From: an uncultured virus (IMG/VR IMGVR_UViG_3300009155_000050)
Lineage: Duplodnaviria; Heunggongvirae; Uroviricota; Caudoviricetes
Virus record (IMG/VR): IMGVR_UViG_3300009155_000050
Location: 62,001-99,898 of that record
DNA length: 37,898 bases
Reading direction: 5' to 3' (one strand)
The notes under the pieces are model-generated. The model was not told the DNA's origin and did no database searches. It worked only from the letters and a program-made list of their open reading frames with translations. Numbering within the stretch: the stretch's first letter is position 1; the number at the start of each line of letters is the position of its first letter. Position numbers and translations under genes: made by a program. Below, one piece after another: positions 18,629 to 28,221 of this stretch.

Positions 18629-20156
18629 CGATCGTACCACCAGGAAATGCAACTATTGATTCGTAACCCATGTCAACAATAGCTTTTAATCGAGCTTTTG
18701 AATGTTGATATAGGTATTTATTACACCGGAAATAAAAATCGTAGATTTTGCTGCTGCCTACCGAATTAAGTCGAACCGCACGGCCGACCTTTTGAATGAA
18801 ATCCGTGGCTAGCTTACCTCCAGTAGCTAATATCAAGTGTTCAGTACCGCCTTTTAAGTCTAGGCCACGATTCAGTATTTTACCGCCTATAATAACCCTG
18901 ATCTCACGTTGCTCAAATCTGCTGAGCGCTATCTTCCGTTGCTTGTGGTTAGTTTTACCGAAGATAAACTCTGTGTCAATTTCATTGGCTTTAAACAATG
19001 CTAATAAGTTGTTGCCTAAAGCCTCGCGCTCCACTAAAATTAACACTCCATCTGTGCTGTTACGTTTTAGGATCGCTGTCGTTAACTTCAAGATGTCATT
19101 ATGAAAAGCGTTATTTTCCACCATGAATTCATTATAAGCTTGATCGTAAGTGGTACTGTTCTTAATGCTTCCATCTAAGCCAAAACACATGCTATAGTAT
19201 TTGCATGGTATAATTCGTCCCAATTCAGTCAACTTCTTGCGTTCCGCTGTATAGATTATAGGGCCTAGATGTTCTTCAAGAACCATAGCTTCTACGGGCT
19301 TAGCCGGATCGGTCGGAGTTCCGCTAAACCCATAGCGTCTGCTCCCCTTGAAGTGCGACCTGAATAAAACTTTCCATGGGTCACTAACTGCTCTATCTGC
19401 CTCATCTACTATTAGGCAGTCTGCATTTTCAACATATTGAAGCAACGATTTAGCGGTTTTTTGCCGAGTCTTAAATCCTTTATAAGATCTTTCCCATTGC
19501 TTAACCTTGCGATTATATTCATCTTCATCCTCGCAATGAGCTTTTGACGGCGGCTGAGGAGGTTTGCTTACCTTTGTTAGAGATTGGATAGATCCAACGA
19601 CTACTGTCTCTCCGTTTGGCCTCTTACCTGCATAGAACATACCAACGGTGTCCGATACCTCACGTAGTTCTAGCCGTGCTTTCAATTGATCAACTACGAT
19701 CGTTTGGTCGGCCAAAATGACAGTAGCACAATCTAGCGCTTTGACGATAGCGCAAACCAATTCACCTTTGCCACCACCGGTTGGTACGTTGATTACGCCA
19801 CATTCTGCATTCAGCGCGGCTTCCGTCGCTTCGATTTGGTACTGCTCTAGCTTAATCCCAGGTAAATGGTCATGACCGATCTTGAACAGCTTGCGTTCTA
19901 AATTCCTCTGGTCGTCAATGTCTAACGGAAAGCCATGCTTCGCCGCAAGCTTTTTCACTTTACCCAGAAACGGAAATGCGACCCTTTTCTTAGCCCTATT
20001 ATACTTACGAAATACCCCATCCCATTGAGACATCTGGTTAGGATCAATGTAAGCATTCGGTCTGGAGACGCTGAACTCATTCCACAAGATCTCTTCTTCT
20101 GACACGGTTACGTTGTCGAAATAAACCCATTTGTTATCGACGATGATAGCCCGCAT
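18570..20156 (-). CDS. uvsW: SF2 DNA helicase, UvsW-like
   Basis: PTGGGKG (Walker A), IVDEAD, GFSGTP, RGLDL, QKVGRAVR, and an N-terminal WDG motif. Confidence 0.8.
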   Translation of the reverse strand: MRAIIVDNKWVYFDNVTVSEEEILWNEFSVSRPNAYIDPNQMSQWDGVFRKYNRAKKRVAFPFLGKVKKLAAKHGFPLDIDDQRNLERKLFKIGHDHLPGIKLEQYQIEATEAALNAECGVINVPTGGGKGELVCAIVKALDCATVILADQTIVVDQLKARLELREVSDTVGMFYAGKRPNGETVVVGSIQSLTKVSKPPQPPSKAHCEDEDEYNRKVKQWERSYKGFKTRQKTAKSLLQYVENADCLIVDEADRAVSDPWKVLFRSHFKGSRRYGFSGTPTDPAKPVEAMVLEEHLGPIIYTAERKKLTELGRIIPCKYYSMCFGLDGSIKNSTTYDQAYNEFMVENNAFHNDILKLTTAILKRNSTDGVLILVEREALGNNLLALFKANEIDTEFIFGKTNHKQRKIALSRFEQREIRVIIGGKILNRGLDLKGGTEHLILATGGKLATDFIQKVGRAVRLNSVGSSKIYDFYFRCNKYLYQHSKARLKAIVDMGYESIVAFPGGTIDGSELIRRRFSFKFKSKSK

Positions 20157-20162
20157 TTGACT

Positions 20163-20390
20163 CTATTCCACGTTTTGAGTATATGTTCCGTCGCCTATGA
20201 TCTCCACTATTAAATACCTAGACTCAAGCTCCTCTGTGGCCTTTCTGCCGAACATTATATCAAGCTTGGCTGAAAAGTAAAATGACTCCCCTTCATTTGT
20301 AGTAATCACCATGTCCACTGGTTCATTCTGTTTTTCATCTAACTTTTGCAAGATAGATTGGATGTCGAGTTTAGACTGGATTGTTTCCAT
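20163..20390 (-). CDS. Hypothetical protein
   Basis: 75-aa ORF packed in the minus-strand gene run. Confidence 0.6.
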   Translation of the reverse strand: METIQSKLDIQSILQKLDEKQNEPVDMVITTNEGESFYFSAKLDIMFGRKATEELESRYLIVEIIGDGTYTQNVE

Positions 20391-20408
20391 TGTTCTTTCG
20401 CTTAATGT

Positions 20409-20639
20409 TTAGATGTAGAGGATTGACGCTATTTCTTCTTTATACCTGATGGAAGCTAAGCTTGCCTCCGGGCTTGCGAAGTCGATTGCGTCGAATGATA
20501 TGTCGAAATACGGAAACAAAACATAGGCGCCACTGAAGTCGTATTGGTAACTAAAGCATTGATGGCCGTATTGTTCACGTAACATAGGTTCTAGATATGC
20601 TACATATAAGTCGTATGTTTCAGCTTCCGTAAATCTCAT
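20409..20639 (-). CDS. Hypothetical protein
   Basis: 76-aa ORF packed in the minus-strand gene run. Confidence 0.55.
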   Translation of the reverse strand: MRFTEAETYDLYVAYLEPMLREQYGHQCFSYQYDFSGAYVLFPYFDISFDAIDFASPEASLASIRYKEEIASILYI

Positions 20640-20653
20640 ATTACATCAATACA

Positions 20654-20685
20654 ATGGCCCCCCTGCAGAGCAGCAGGGGGGCCAT
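20654..20685 (-). terminator. Strong hairpin after the reductase gene
   Basis: Perfect 13-bp inverted repeat atggcccccctgc / gcaggggggccat with a 6-nt loop, 7 nt after the stop. Confidence 0.75.
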
Positions 20686-20692
20686 ACCTTCA

Positions 20693-23600
20693 TTATTGGG
20701 CCGCTGTTTCAGTCTTCAATTCACACGTGTCATTTTCGCAATAGTTGCTACCAGCAGCTTCCATTATGTAATCAGTATAGTCCACTTCTTTAATGCTACT
20801 ATTATATTCATCGACCTCCTGTGGCGCACAAGGGATATATGGTGCTTGTGGATAGTTGTGTTCGAAATAAGGCAAGAAGCTAATGCCCTTCAGTTGGTCT
20901 TCATATAATTCTAGAGCTGAAGCGATGTCTTTAGCTTCATGCTTCTTAAACTTAACTGTGCAACTAACTTGATTATCTGCCCAATAATGTTGGTAAGCAG
21001 CACAATTTTCCAGTTGCTCCAGCATACTCACCTCATTTACCGCTTTAACAGATCTATCGCTGATAGCGAAATATACTACCATAGTACGACTATCAGTCAC
21101 ACTAGGTTCTACCCTATATCCTGCCTTTTGGAGGATCTTAACAAGTATGTTATCCTTGGCTACACGTACAGTTCTCCAATAAGTTGTAGCTTCTGGGTAG
21201 TGGATGCCAGGTGTGGCTCCAGCTAAGAGCGACACCGAACCACTAGGCTTGATGCTGGTCTTCTTGATGCTCTTAGGCACACATAACCATTCTGAATAGA
21301 TCATGTCCCAACTATCGATCTCACTATAACCTGCGTCACAAAAATCCCTCAAAACAGCACGTCTACCGAATTTAGCAAAAGCTTGCACTATACCTGATTG
21401 TGATAGGCCTATGCGACGATTACGTAACATCACTTGATTGGTGCGGACATTATGGGTAGGCAGCAAGGTAACGGTTTTAGCATACAGGTATGCGAATTTC
21501 AATGTGCGCATGAAATCCGCTGCATCATCATGTCTGGCTGGGAATGTCTCAACCAAGCAACATAACTCAGAAGATTCTAGCGATTGCTCGACGCAAGGGT
21601 TGCTTCCGGCAACTCGCCCATCAATACCAGGAGTATGCCCATCTTTCATGCGGCCATAATCTCGCATATTTTGGAGCCAGATAAACCCTGGTTCGCCATT
21701 GGCAGCAATCTGCTCACCGAATTTCGAATAATCCATACCAACTTCAGCGGACACGCTATTGTTGGATGCCCATCTGTAGCTGTTAAGCGCGTTCCAGGTT
21801 TCTATAGCTCTGTTTAATTTATCGGCTGAGATAGTAGTTCCCGTGAAATCATCGATAGTAGCATGGCTACGAGATTTGCTATACAGACCATTTGTGACAT
21901 TGAAGAATTCATTTCGTTCAGTTTCAGTTAAGCCAGCGGTGACATTCTTCATGTTGCTATATTCGGTGTCATCTGGGCTACCAAAGGCGATTTCCGCTGT
22001 GTTATGCACAAGCATGCCCTCAGCAACGAATTCATTCCTGCCTGGGACCGATAGATCATAAGTCTCGACTTCGATGCTTTCATCAATTACAGCTTCTACA
22101 GCTATAGGCACTAAATCATTTGTCTCTGCATCACATAGACATGCTCTGTTATATGACATTTGTGCTTGCTGCGGACTCCATGAACGACCATAATCGATGG
22201 TGCTCTTGTCAACCCATGCTGAAGGAAATCCATAGTCATAGCCACTATATCCAGTCATTACACGCAATTGCTTAACAGCATATTGTTGTACAAGTTCATT
22301 GAACTTTGAAATCGCCATTTCACCAACCAAATGTAATTCCCATTTAGCTTGGTTAGTGCCATCTTCTTCAGCTCTAAGCACACACTTTGTAGGTATTCCA
22401 AGGCTTGAATACACCGCTTGCACTTGCTTAATGAATTTGGCATAAACGCTGGCCAGTAATACAGTAGGTCTATTTTTGGTAGATCCATCCGTATCTAGCA
22501 GTCCAGCCAAATATGCAGCTCTGATCTCTGGCATACCACACAAAATGAATTCTGGCACGTCTAGAGGTGTCTTAGCAGTCTTTAAATTTTTGTGAAAATA
22601 CGACGCTAATTTTCGTGACGTCACTCGTAATTTGTGGCTATTATCATGGCTTGACTGCTCTCTAGCAGTAAATCCAAACATTGCGAAGCCAGTACTTATT
22701 TTTTCGATCATCCCATCATGGTATTCATCTCTATTCACAGAGATGGAGACAGACGAACCGTGGTGTTTACGACCTTTGTATGCTCGTCCATCATACACAT
22801 AACCATCACCATGGATAGCGCCAATAAACCACGCCACATCGGTTGTTAGATTAGGCACGATCATTTGGTTACCGCGTGTTGACGCATCGGTGTCGCTAGG
22901 CAGTGCAGTTGTGACGCCTGGAATTATCGCATCTACAAACACCATCCTATCATCTTTAACTAATTCTTTGGCGCGCTTCCACTCATATTTTCCAACACCA
23001 GACATAATAGCAATGCGGTGTCGATCAGTACATCTGAACTTACCCATCTGATTTTTAATAGTAACAACCCGCTGAACGCCCTGTTTAACATTCTCAATGA
23101 CTGGATAATATCCATCAGCTGTTAACACTAAATCGCCAACCCTCACCTGTTCGATTGGTGTTAAACCTCTTTTTAAGTGGACCAATGTGCCTTTAGGCAA
23201 ACAACGCCTAACATTGCCAGCAACAACACATTTACCAATGATATTCATGATGTCGGTAATATCGACGCTAGATAGTTTTTTACCGACTCGGCTATCTAAT
23301 AATGCGATAACTGCGTTGTGCAGCTCCACCAAGATCCCAGAACCAGCTGCAGTGCCACCGAATCCATTGATTGGGCTACCTTTTGGTCTAATCAGCGAAT
23401 AATCGAATTTTACTTTACCATCTTTATACTTAAGCGTGTAAGAATGCAATAGCATCCTTAATGACTCTACCCAACCTTCACGTGAGTCTTCTATTTGATA
23501 TCCCACGGTTTTAGCAGATGGATTCTTTATAGCGATCCTGTCTTTACCTTTAGTATCGAAACCCACTCCAACACCTAGCATCGCCATATCCATCAAAAAA

Positions 23601-25078
23601 CAGAATGGCTCTGCTGGATCGGCTTCTATGGTATCATCAGTGCTGATAAATGCACAATTGCCAGTTAATATGTTATCTGCAAGTGCAAAAGCCTGTGTAT
23701 CTGGGACTTGCGGACAATAAACTTCGGCAAATTCACCAGTCTGTTCAACAGACTTAACATGCCACTTGTATAATGGCCTATCGCGATGGCTACGATGATC
23801 TAAAAACCGCTTCTTATGCTCAGAAAGCAAAAAGAAGTCTTCATTAAGATGGATCGGCATAATACCAATTTTATATCCTATGAATTTTTTCTTGATGCCA
23901 TCATGGGTAACTGTTTGCGTAGTCTGGACTATTGAATTTGTGCCTATGCCAAGAACAGCACAAACATCACGCACTAATAACATGTTATCGTATTCGCTAC
24001 TAGCTATGTATATCTGATTGCCCTTAGTGTTGATGGTGCCGTCAGCTGCAAAATATCCAGCCAACCATCCATATAAATAGCTCTTAGATTCACGTAGAGA
24101 CGGTTTCCGCCTGAAAAATCTAGGCAAGTCAGCTACTCTAACTGCCCCTTCAACGCCCTTTTCCTTATCGAACGAAGTAGGGCAATTGGGGAAATATTCT
24201 AATAATTCCTCATTTTTATGCCCACACAGATAGAGATAAGTGCCACACGATTCAGAATCTTGACCAGTTGTGCCATCACCATAGGCAATGCCATGCGCAA
24301 CACCAAAAGCACTAGGTCTGACGTTGCCATTGACACCACTGCCATACACAGATTGCATCATATGATGCTCAGTCAGGTTGACTGTTGTTACTTCTTTATA
24401 GCCAATATGCTGTCGCTTTTTAACAATTACACCAGACGTATCTTCAATAGCGACAGTTTGCGTTTTACGTAAATCTTTAGCGAACCAACGATGGCCCGCA
24501 GTAGTATAGATAATCTTCTGGACGCCAGCCCGCTCTAGCGTCAGTTTATATAATTCCTGTACACCAAATGATTTAATTGGTGCTTTCACCCATTTACCAC
24601 CAGTAGTCAACAACTCCTGTTCGGTGCCTACCAGCAATCCGATTTGTTTAACACCATCTCTAGTAATGATCTCTGTCTTGCCATCGAAGCAATTATTCAA
24701 TGCGGCGCCAAGTCTAGACCACATGAAGTCCGTGCCCATCATCCAAAGTCCGCGGCCAGGAGGTAAGAATTTGAAGTCCCACATCCTCTGAAACATCTCT
24801 TGGGCGCTTTCTTGCGCTTTTTTAAAGTTCCATGGGATGTGCAAAGAAACGCAATGGCGCCGTTGTATTTCGTAGCATCCTTCTACAACACGCTTGATGC
24901 AATCAAAGAATGATTCTTTCGACCCATCTGGTTTAAGGCGAGAATAAGTCCTGAAAAATACAAGTTCACCCAATCCATTGAATCCGAAGTTAGGCTTTTT
25001 AGCCTCGTATTGCTTAAGGAATTTTACATCAAGGCTAAAATAATCGCGTGGGTTGATCGCTTTTGACACACCTAACAT
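20693..25078 (-). CDS. nrdJ: Class II (adenosylcobalamin-dependent) ribonucleotide reductase, monomeric type, with two inteins (about 715 aa after splicing)
   Basis: RTYSR, PPGRGLW, LNN|C, GVGVGFD, AGNVRR|TAEI, NPCVEQ (thiyl Cys), KPSGSVS, and C-terminal CENDTC. Start placed at ATG 25078 (AGGAG SD). Confidence 0.93.
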   Translation of the reverse strand: MLGVSKAINPRDYFSLDVKFLKQYEAKKPNFGFNGLGELVFFRTYSRLKPDGSKESFFDCIKRVVEGCYEIQRRHCVSLHIPWNFKKAQESAQEMFQRMWDFKFLPPGRGLWMMGTDFMWSRLGAALNNCFDGKTEIITRDGVKQIGLLVGTEQELLTTGGKWVKAPIKSFGVQELYKLTLERAGVQKIIYTTAGHRWFAKDLRKTQTVAIEDTSGVIVKKRQHIGYKEVTTVNLTEHHMMQSVYGSGVNGNVRPSAFGVAHGIAYGDGTTGQDSESCGTYLYLCGHKNEELLEYFPNCPTSFDKEKGVEGAVRVADLPRFFRRKPSLRESKSYLYGWLAGYFAADGTINTKGNQIYIASSEYDNMLLVRDVCAVLGIGTNSIVQTTQTVTHDGIKKKFIGYKIGIMPIHLNEDFFLLSEHKKRFLDHRSHRDRPLYKWHVKSVEQTGEFAEVYCPQVPDTQAFALADNILTGNCAFISTDDTIEADPAEPFCFLMDMAMLGVGVGFDTKGKDRIAIKNPSAKTVGYQIEDSREGWVESLRMLLHSYTLKYKDGKVKFDYSLIRPKGSPINGFGGTAAGSGILVELHNAVIALLDSRVGKKLSSVDITDIMNIIGKCVVAGNVRRCLPKGTLVHLKRGLTPIEQVRVGDLVLTADGYYPVIENVKQGVQRVVTIKNQMGKFRCTDRHRIAIMSGVGKYEWKRAKELVKDDRMVFVDAIIPGVTTALPSDTDASTRGNQMIVPNLTTDVAWFIGAIHGDGYVYDGRAYKGRKHHGSSVSISVNRDEYHDGMIEKISTGFAMFGFTAREQSSHDNSHKLRVTSRKLASYFHKNLKTAKTPLDVPEFILCGMPEIRAAYLAGLLDTDGSTKNRPTVLLASVYAKFIKQVQAVYSSLGIPTKCVLRAEEDGTNQAKWELHLVGEMAISKFNELVQQYAVKQLRVMTGYSGYDYGFPSAWVDKSTIDYGRSWSPQQAQMSYNRACLCDAETNDLVPIAVEAVIDESIEVETYDLSVPGRNEFVAEGMLVHNTAEIAFGSPDDTEYSNMKNVTAGLTETERNEFFNVTNGLYSKSRSHATIDDFTGTTISADKLNRAIETWNALNSYRWASNNSVSAEVGMDYSKFGEQIAANGEPGFIWLQNMRDYGRMKDGHTPGIDGRVAGSNPCVEQSLESSELCCLVETFPARHDDAADFMRTLKFAYLYAKTVTLLPTHNVRTNQVMLRNRRIGLSQSGIVQAFAKFGRRAVLRDFCDAGYSEIDSWDMIYSEWLCVPKSIKKTSIKPSGSVSLLAGATPGIHYPEATTYWRTVRVAKDNILVKILQKAGYRVEPSVTDSRTMVVYFAISDRSVKAVNEVSMLEQLENCAAYQHYWADNQVSCTVKFKKHEAKDIASALELYEDQLKGISFLPYFEHNYPQAPYIPCAPQEVDEYNSSIKEVDYTDYIMEAAGSNYCENDTCELKTETAAQ
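22001..23203 (-). mobile_element. Intein 2 with LAGLIDADG homing endonuclease (401 aa)
   Basis: Begins CLPKGTLV, block B CTDRHRI, WFIGAIHGDG and YLAGLLDTDGS, ends TYDLSV...LVHN|T. Excision restores GNVRR-TAEI. Confidence 0.92.
23657..24691 (-). mobile_element. Intein 1 with LAGLIDADG homing endonuclease (345 aa)
   Basis: Begins CFDGKTEI, block B TTAGHRW, HGIAYGDG and WLAGYFAADG, ends VYCPQVP...ILTGN|C. Excision restores LNN-CAFIS. Confidence 0.92.
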
Positions 25079-25086
25079 AGCCACTC

Positions 25087-25686
25087 CTATACGTTTGAGA
25101 GTTCTTTTAATCTACCACGAAGAAGAAATAACTGAACATTGCTTGGCAGTAACTGACGTTCAGCTGGCGGCAAACCATCAAGTGATTCCATTAACTCTTT
25201 CGATACGGCTAGCATATCGTCAGTTATTCTACTCGATTTGTACCACAAGAGCAGATTTGAAAGACCATTAACGCGCTTAAGTAATATAGTTTTTAAGTCA
25301 GTATCTCTAGCTTGCTCCCGAAGCCATTTCATCAGTAAAGCATAATTCTTCCTAAACCGCTTAAATGATTCTAAATCAGTCAACACTTGTTTAAGACATG
25401 ATTCTAGGAGATTCTTCTGATGGAACACACTGAAACCCTTAATGCCGATTTTTTTGTTTTTCACATACCTTATTACGAATTTAATGAAGTATTCGGTTTG
25501 CGCTTTATTAAATTCCCAAGATTTAAGTCTATCATTAAGAGACTTAACGTACCGATATGCATATGATTTTTCGAAAGGTGTGTCAGGTTGCTGTCTGATG
25601 ATTATTCTTTCAGATGCATAAACAGCCTGCATCAATGTAAATAATTCGTGGATCTCTTGACTTTCAGATAACGGAGAAGTTCTCAT
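25087..25686 (-). CDS. Hypothetical protein (basic, helical-looking)
   Basis: The track ORF's N-terminus overlaps a + strand gene. The first non-overlapping ATG is 25686; 25632 is an alternative. Confidence 0.6.
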   Translation of the reverse strand: MRTSPLSESQEIHELFTLMQAVYASERIIIRQQPDTPFEKSYAYRYVKSLNDRLKSWEFNKAQTEYFIKFVIRYVKNKKIGIKGFSVFHQKNLLESCLKQVLTDLESFKRFRKNYALLMKWLREQARDTDLKTILLKRVNGLSNLLLWYKSSRITDDMLAVSKELMESLDGLPPAERQLLPSNVQLFLLRGRLKELSNV

Positions 25687-26008
25687 GGCAGAAAGCCCCG
25701 AAATTGAAATCCAAAAACAGAATGAGAAATTCCAGGAATTCCTCAAAGAAGCAGGTCCGCTTCTAGAAAAATACGGTTTCGATCTAACCGTCCTAATTTC
25801 TAAAAACTTCGCTAGCCCAAGACCTAATATCTTTTTCCGAGGCCAGGCATTCGATTGCTCTGTATTATTGAGCAAAGTAGCTGACGACTTCAAGTATGAG
25901 ATATTATCACAATTCTACTCAAAACCAGTGCCATTACCACCAGCAGAACAAGCACCACCAGTAGCACGGTCAGCACCCACAGGACCAGTAAGCGCACTGC
26001 CAGTATAA
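25685..26008 (+). CDS. Hypothetical protein with a Pro-rich tail
   Basis: 107 aa, GGAG SD. Confidence 0.65.
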   Translation: MAESPEIEIQKQNEKFQEFLKEAGPLLEKYGFDLTVLISKNFASPRPNIFFRGQAFDCSVLLSKVADDFKYEILSQFYSKPVPLPPAEQAPPVARSAPTGPVSALPV

Positions 26009-26018
26009 CGTCGCAGTT

Positions 26019-26774
26019 TTAAAGTGTTTCGAACCAATCGCTATAGTAATTGAATGCGGTTGGGTTAGGGTCTATCAAGTGCCTAACAAACGGCAATCTT
26101 GTCTTATCTTCGATCGAATTAGGCTTAGCGCCTGCGAAATGCAACACTTTAATATTAGCATCGATTCCCCACACGGGCTTCCAGTTATATTCTAGCGGCA
26201 ACAATCCGTACGATCCTAACGGAAATATCGCATTCAGATCATCGAAGTCAAACGAATTATTGCCTTCAAGGTGCTTGTCTATATGGTCTAAGATTTCAAT
26301 GTCAAACTCTAGCATCTTGCCCACATGATATATCATTAACCCTGGACAGAAATGTGTCTTGTCGGTGTTTTTGGCCGACCCAGCCCAAAACGGTTTTCCT
26401 GTATATCCTATAACAAAGTCTTGTAACAAAAAGCAATCGATGTCGGCGTACAGCACATTATTGCTAAACCCAAGGTTATGAGCTATAAACGGAATTTCAG
26501 TTTTAAGGTAGGTGCTACGACAGGTGTCGAGCCATTTTAAATGGTTATTTCTCGGACTGCGTTCGAATCGATGTAGCATCCTGTGTTGGTATCGGATGAC
26601 GTTCACATCTTTCGGGATATCGTCTAGCAGCGTGTTTCCATCGAATACAAGATGTACTTTGAAGGACGTGTTATCAAGGGCTACTTTGAGGCTCTTTAGA
26701 AACATTCGCCAATAATTTGGAAATCTTAATTTCGTGCCAGTTGAAGCTGTGAAAAATAACTGCTTATCTGACAT
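26019..26774 (-). CDS. Glycosyltransferase family 8-like
   Basis: VLYADIDCF (DxD), LPLEYNWKP, VLHFAGAKP. Confidence 0.8.
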   Translation of the reverse strand: MSDKQLFFTASTGTKLRFPNYWRMFLKSLKVALDNTSFKVHLVFDGNTLLDDIPKDVNVIRYQHRMLHRFERSPRNNHLKWLDTCRSTYLKTEIPFIAHNLGFSNNVLYADIDCFLLQDFVIGYTGKPFWAGSAKNTDKTHFCPGLMIYHVGKMLEFDIEILDHIDKHLEGNNSFDFDDLNAIFPLGSYGLLPLEYNWKPVWGIDANIKVLHFAGAKPNSIEDKTRLPFVRHLIDPNPTAFNYYSDWFETL

Positions 26775-26833
26775 TTGTTTCTGACTGTATTTAATTTAAA
26801 TGGTTCAGTTATCTACAGAATTGGGGGGATACG

Positions 26834-27610
26834 ATGATTAAGGTGGCTAGCCAACCTTCTGTGTATGTGGTTGGTCGACAAATGTGCGACCAGGATGAGA
26901 TCAAGCAATTCCTAGACGATCATGAAGTACAGTGGGAGTCTGATACCAATGAGCCCGCAGAATTGCTAACCGAGATGGCCGGACGCATCTGCTATATGAG
27001 CTTCGCAAAACCTAGGCCAGGTGGCAACAAAGCATATCTTAGTCACATATTAGAGGTGGGCCACGGTAGCGTGCTTGAGCACGGCATGTGGAATCTTGTA
27101 ATCACAGACATAAGCAGAAGCCTTACCCATGAACTGGTACGTCACCGAGCTGGATTCGGATACAGCCAATTAAGCCAGAGGTACGTTGACGAATCGGTAG
27201 CTGAATACGTGGAGCCGGAGATTATAGCAGCGGACCCAGAGCTACACGAGATTTGGTTAAAAACTGTGCAAGCTGCTCATGATGGTTATTGCGAATTAGC
27301 TGAAAAGTTAAATGCTAAACTTGCGCACGTAACCGATAGGACATCAAGGAGGAAGCAAGCAAGGCAGGCTGCACGCAGTGTATTGCCAAATGCTACTGAG
27401 ACGAAGATTTTTGTTACTGCTAATGCGCGAGCTTTAAGGCATTTCATAGAGCTACGTGGAACTCGTCATGCTGATGATGAGATACGGACTTTAGCTATTG
27501 CTATCTTATTAGTAATGAAGGAAGAGGCTCCGAATATTTTCGGCGACTACGAGCTGGTCGAATACGAGATTGGAAAATTCGAAGTCCTCACTCAATACCG
27601 CAAAGTCTAA
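26834..27610 (+). CDS. thyX: Flavin-dependent thymidylate synthase
   Basis: GHGSVLEH, RSLTHELVRHR...SQLSQRY (RHRx7S motif), ARSVLPNATET, NARALRHF. Confidence 0.97.
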   Translation: MIKVASQPSVYVVGRQMCDQDEIKQFLDDHEVQWESDTNEPAELLTEMAGRICYMSFAKPRPGGNKAYLSHILEVGHGSVLEHGMWNLVITDISRSLTHELVRHRAGFGYSQLSQRYVDESVAEYVEPEIIAADPELHEIWLKTVQAAHDGYCELAEKLNAKLAHVTDRTSRRKQARQAARSVLPNATETKIFVTANARALRHFIELRGTRHADDEIRTLAIAILLVMKEEAPNIFGDYELVEYEIGKFEVLTQYRKV

Positions 27611-27837
27611 AGCTTAGGCTTAACTGTCGTGGTGGTAGTGGTTACACTTGGATTTACCGTACCGGGCTGGTCAGTTAAAATCCATTCGTACACGCCATTT
27701 GATTGCGCAAAAAGCCTTGCGGATGCGGCTCTAATATTTTGGATTTGCGTAGAGGTAAAATCGAAAGGCTCTGTTTTATAGAGATTAATTTTACCTAGCT
27801 TCTCTCCAGTATCTTCGACTAGCAGTAAAGATAACAT
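27607..27837 (-). CDS. Small hypothetical protein with a C-terminal Thr tract
   Basis: ATG 27837 with AGGGG upstream. Ends PSVTTTTTTVKPKL. Confidence 0.5.
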   Translation of the reverse strand: MLSLLLVEDTGEKLGKINLYKTEPFDFTSTQIQNIRAASARLFAQSNGVYEWILTDQPGTVNPSVTTTTTTVKPKL

Positions 27838-27861
27838 AGTGACCCCTAAGTGGAGACTAAT

Positions 27862-28221
27862 ATGGTTTATGATGCGTTCCAAATTAGCTACTCTATAATT
27901 GACCCGTGCTGCACCAAATGGTCAGACATCGCTGTTTGTAATATTGACATCGATGACGACGATCTAGATGGATTCGGTGACAGCGACGATCTTGATGATG
28001 AGGACGACTACGACGATGAAGAAGAAGATGATGAAGATGAAGATGAGGACGATGACGAAGATTATGACGATGACGACGAAGATGATGACGAAGATGATGA
28101 TGACGACGAAGATGATGACGACGAAGATGATGACGAAGATGATGATGACGACGACGAAGATGATGAGAACGAGTATTTTGACTATCTAGATGATGACGAG
28201 GAGGCAGCATCAAGCATATAA
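27862..28221 (+). CDS. Extremely acidic (poly-Asp/Glu) small protein
   Basis: ATG 27862 with GGAG SD. Most of the protein is D/E, encoded by GAT/GAC/GAA codons. Confidence 0.65.
   Translation: MVYDAFQISYSIIDPCCTKWSDIAVCNIDIDDDDLDGFGDSDDLDDEDDYDDEEEDDEDEDEDDDEDYDDDDEDDDEDDDDDEDDDDEDDDEDDDDDDEDDENEYFDYLDDDEEAASSI

Noticed and set aside
27893..28213. His/Arg-rich and Met/Thr/Lys-rich ORFs
   Set aside because: Alternative-frame readings of the GAY/GAA acidic repeat.
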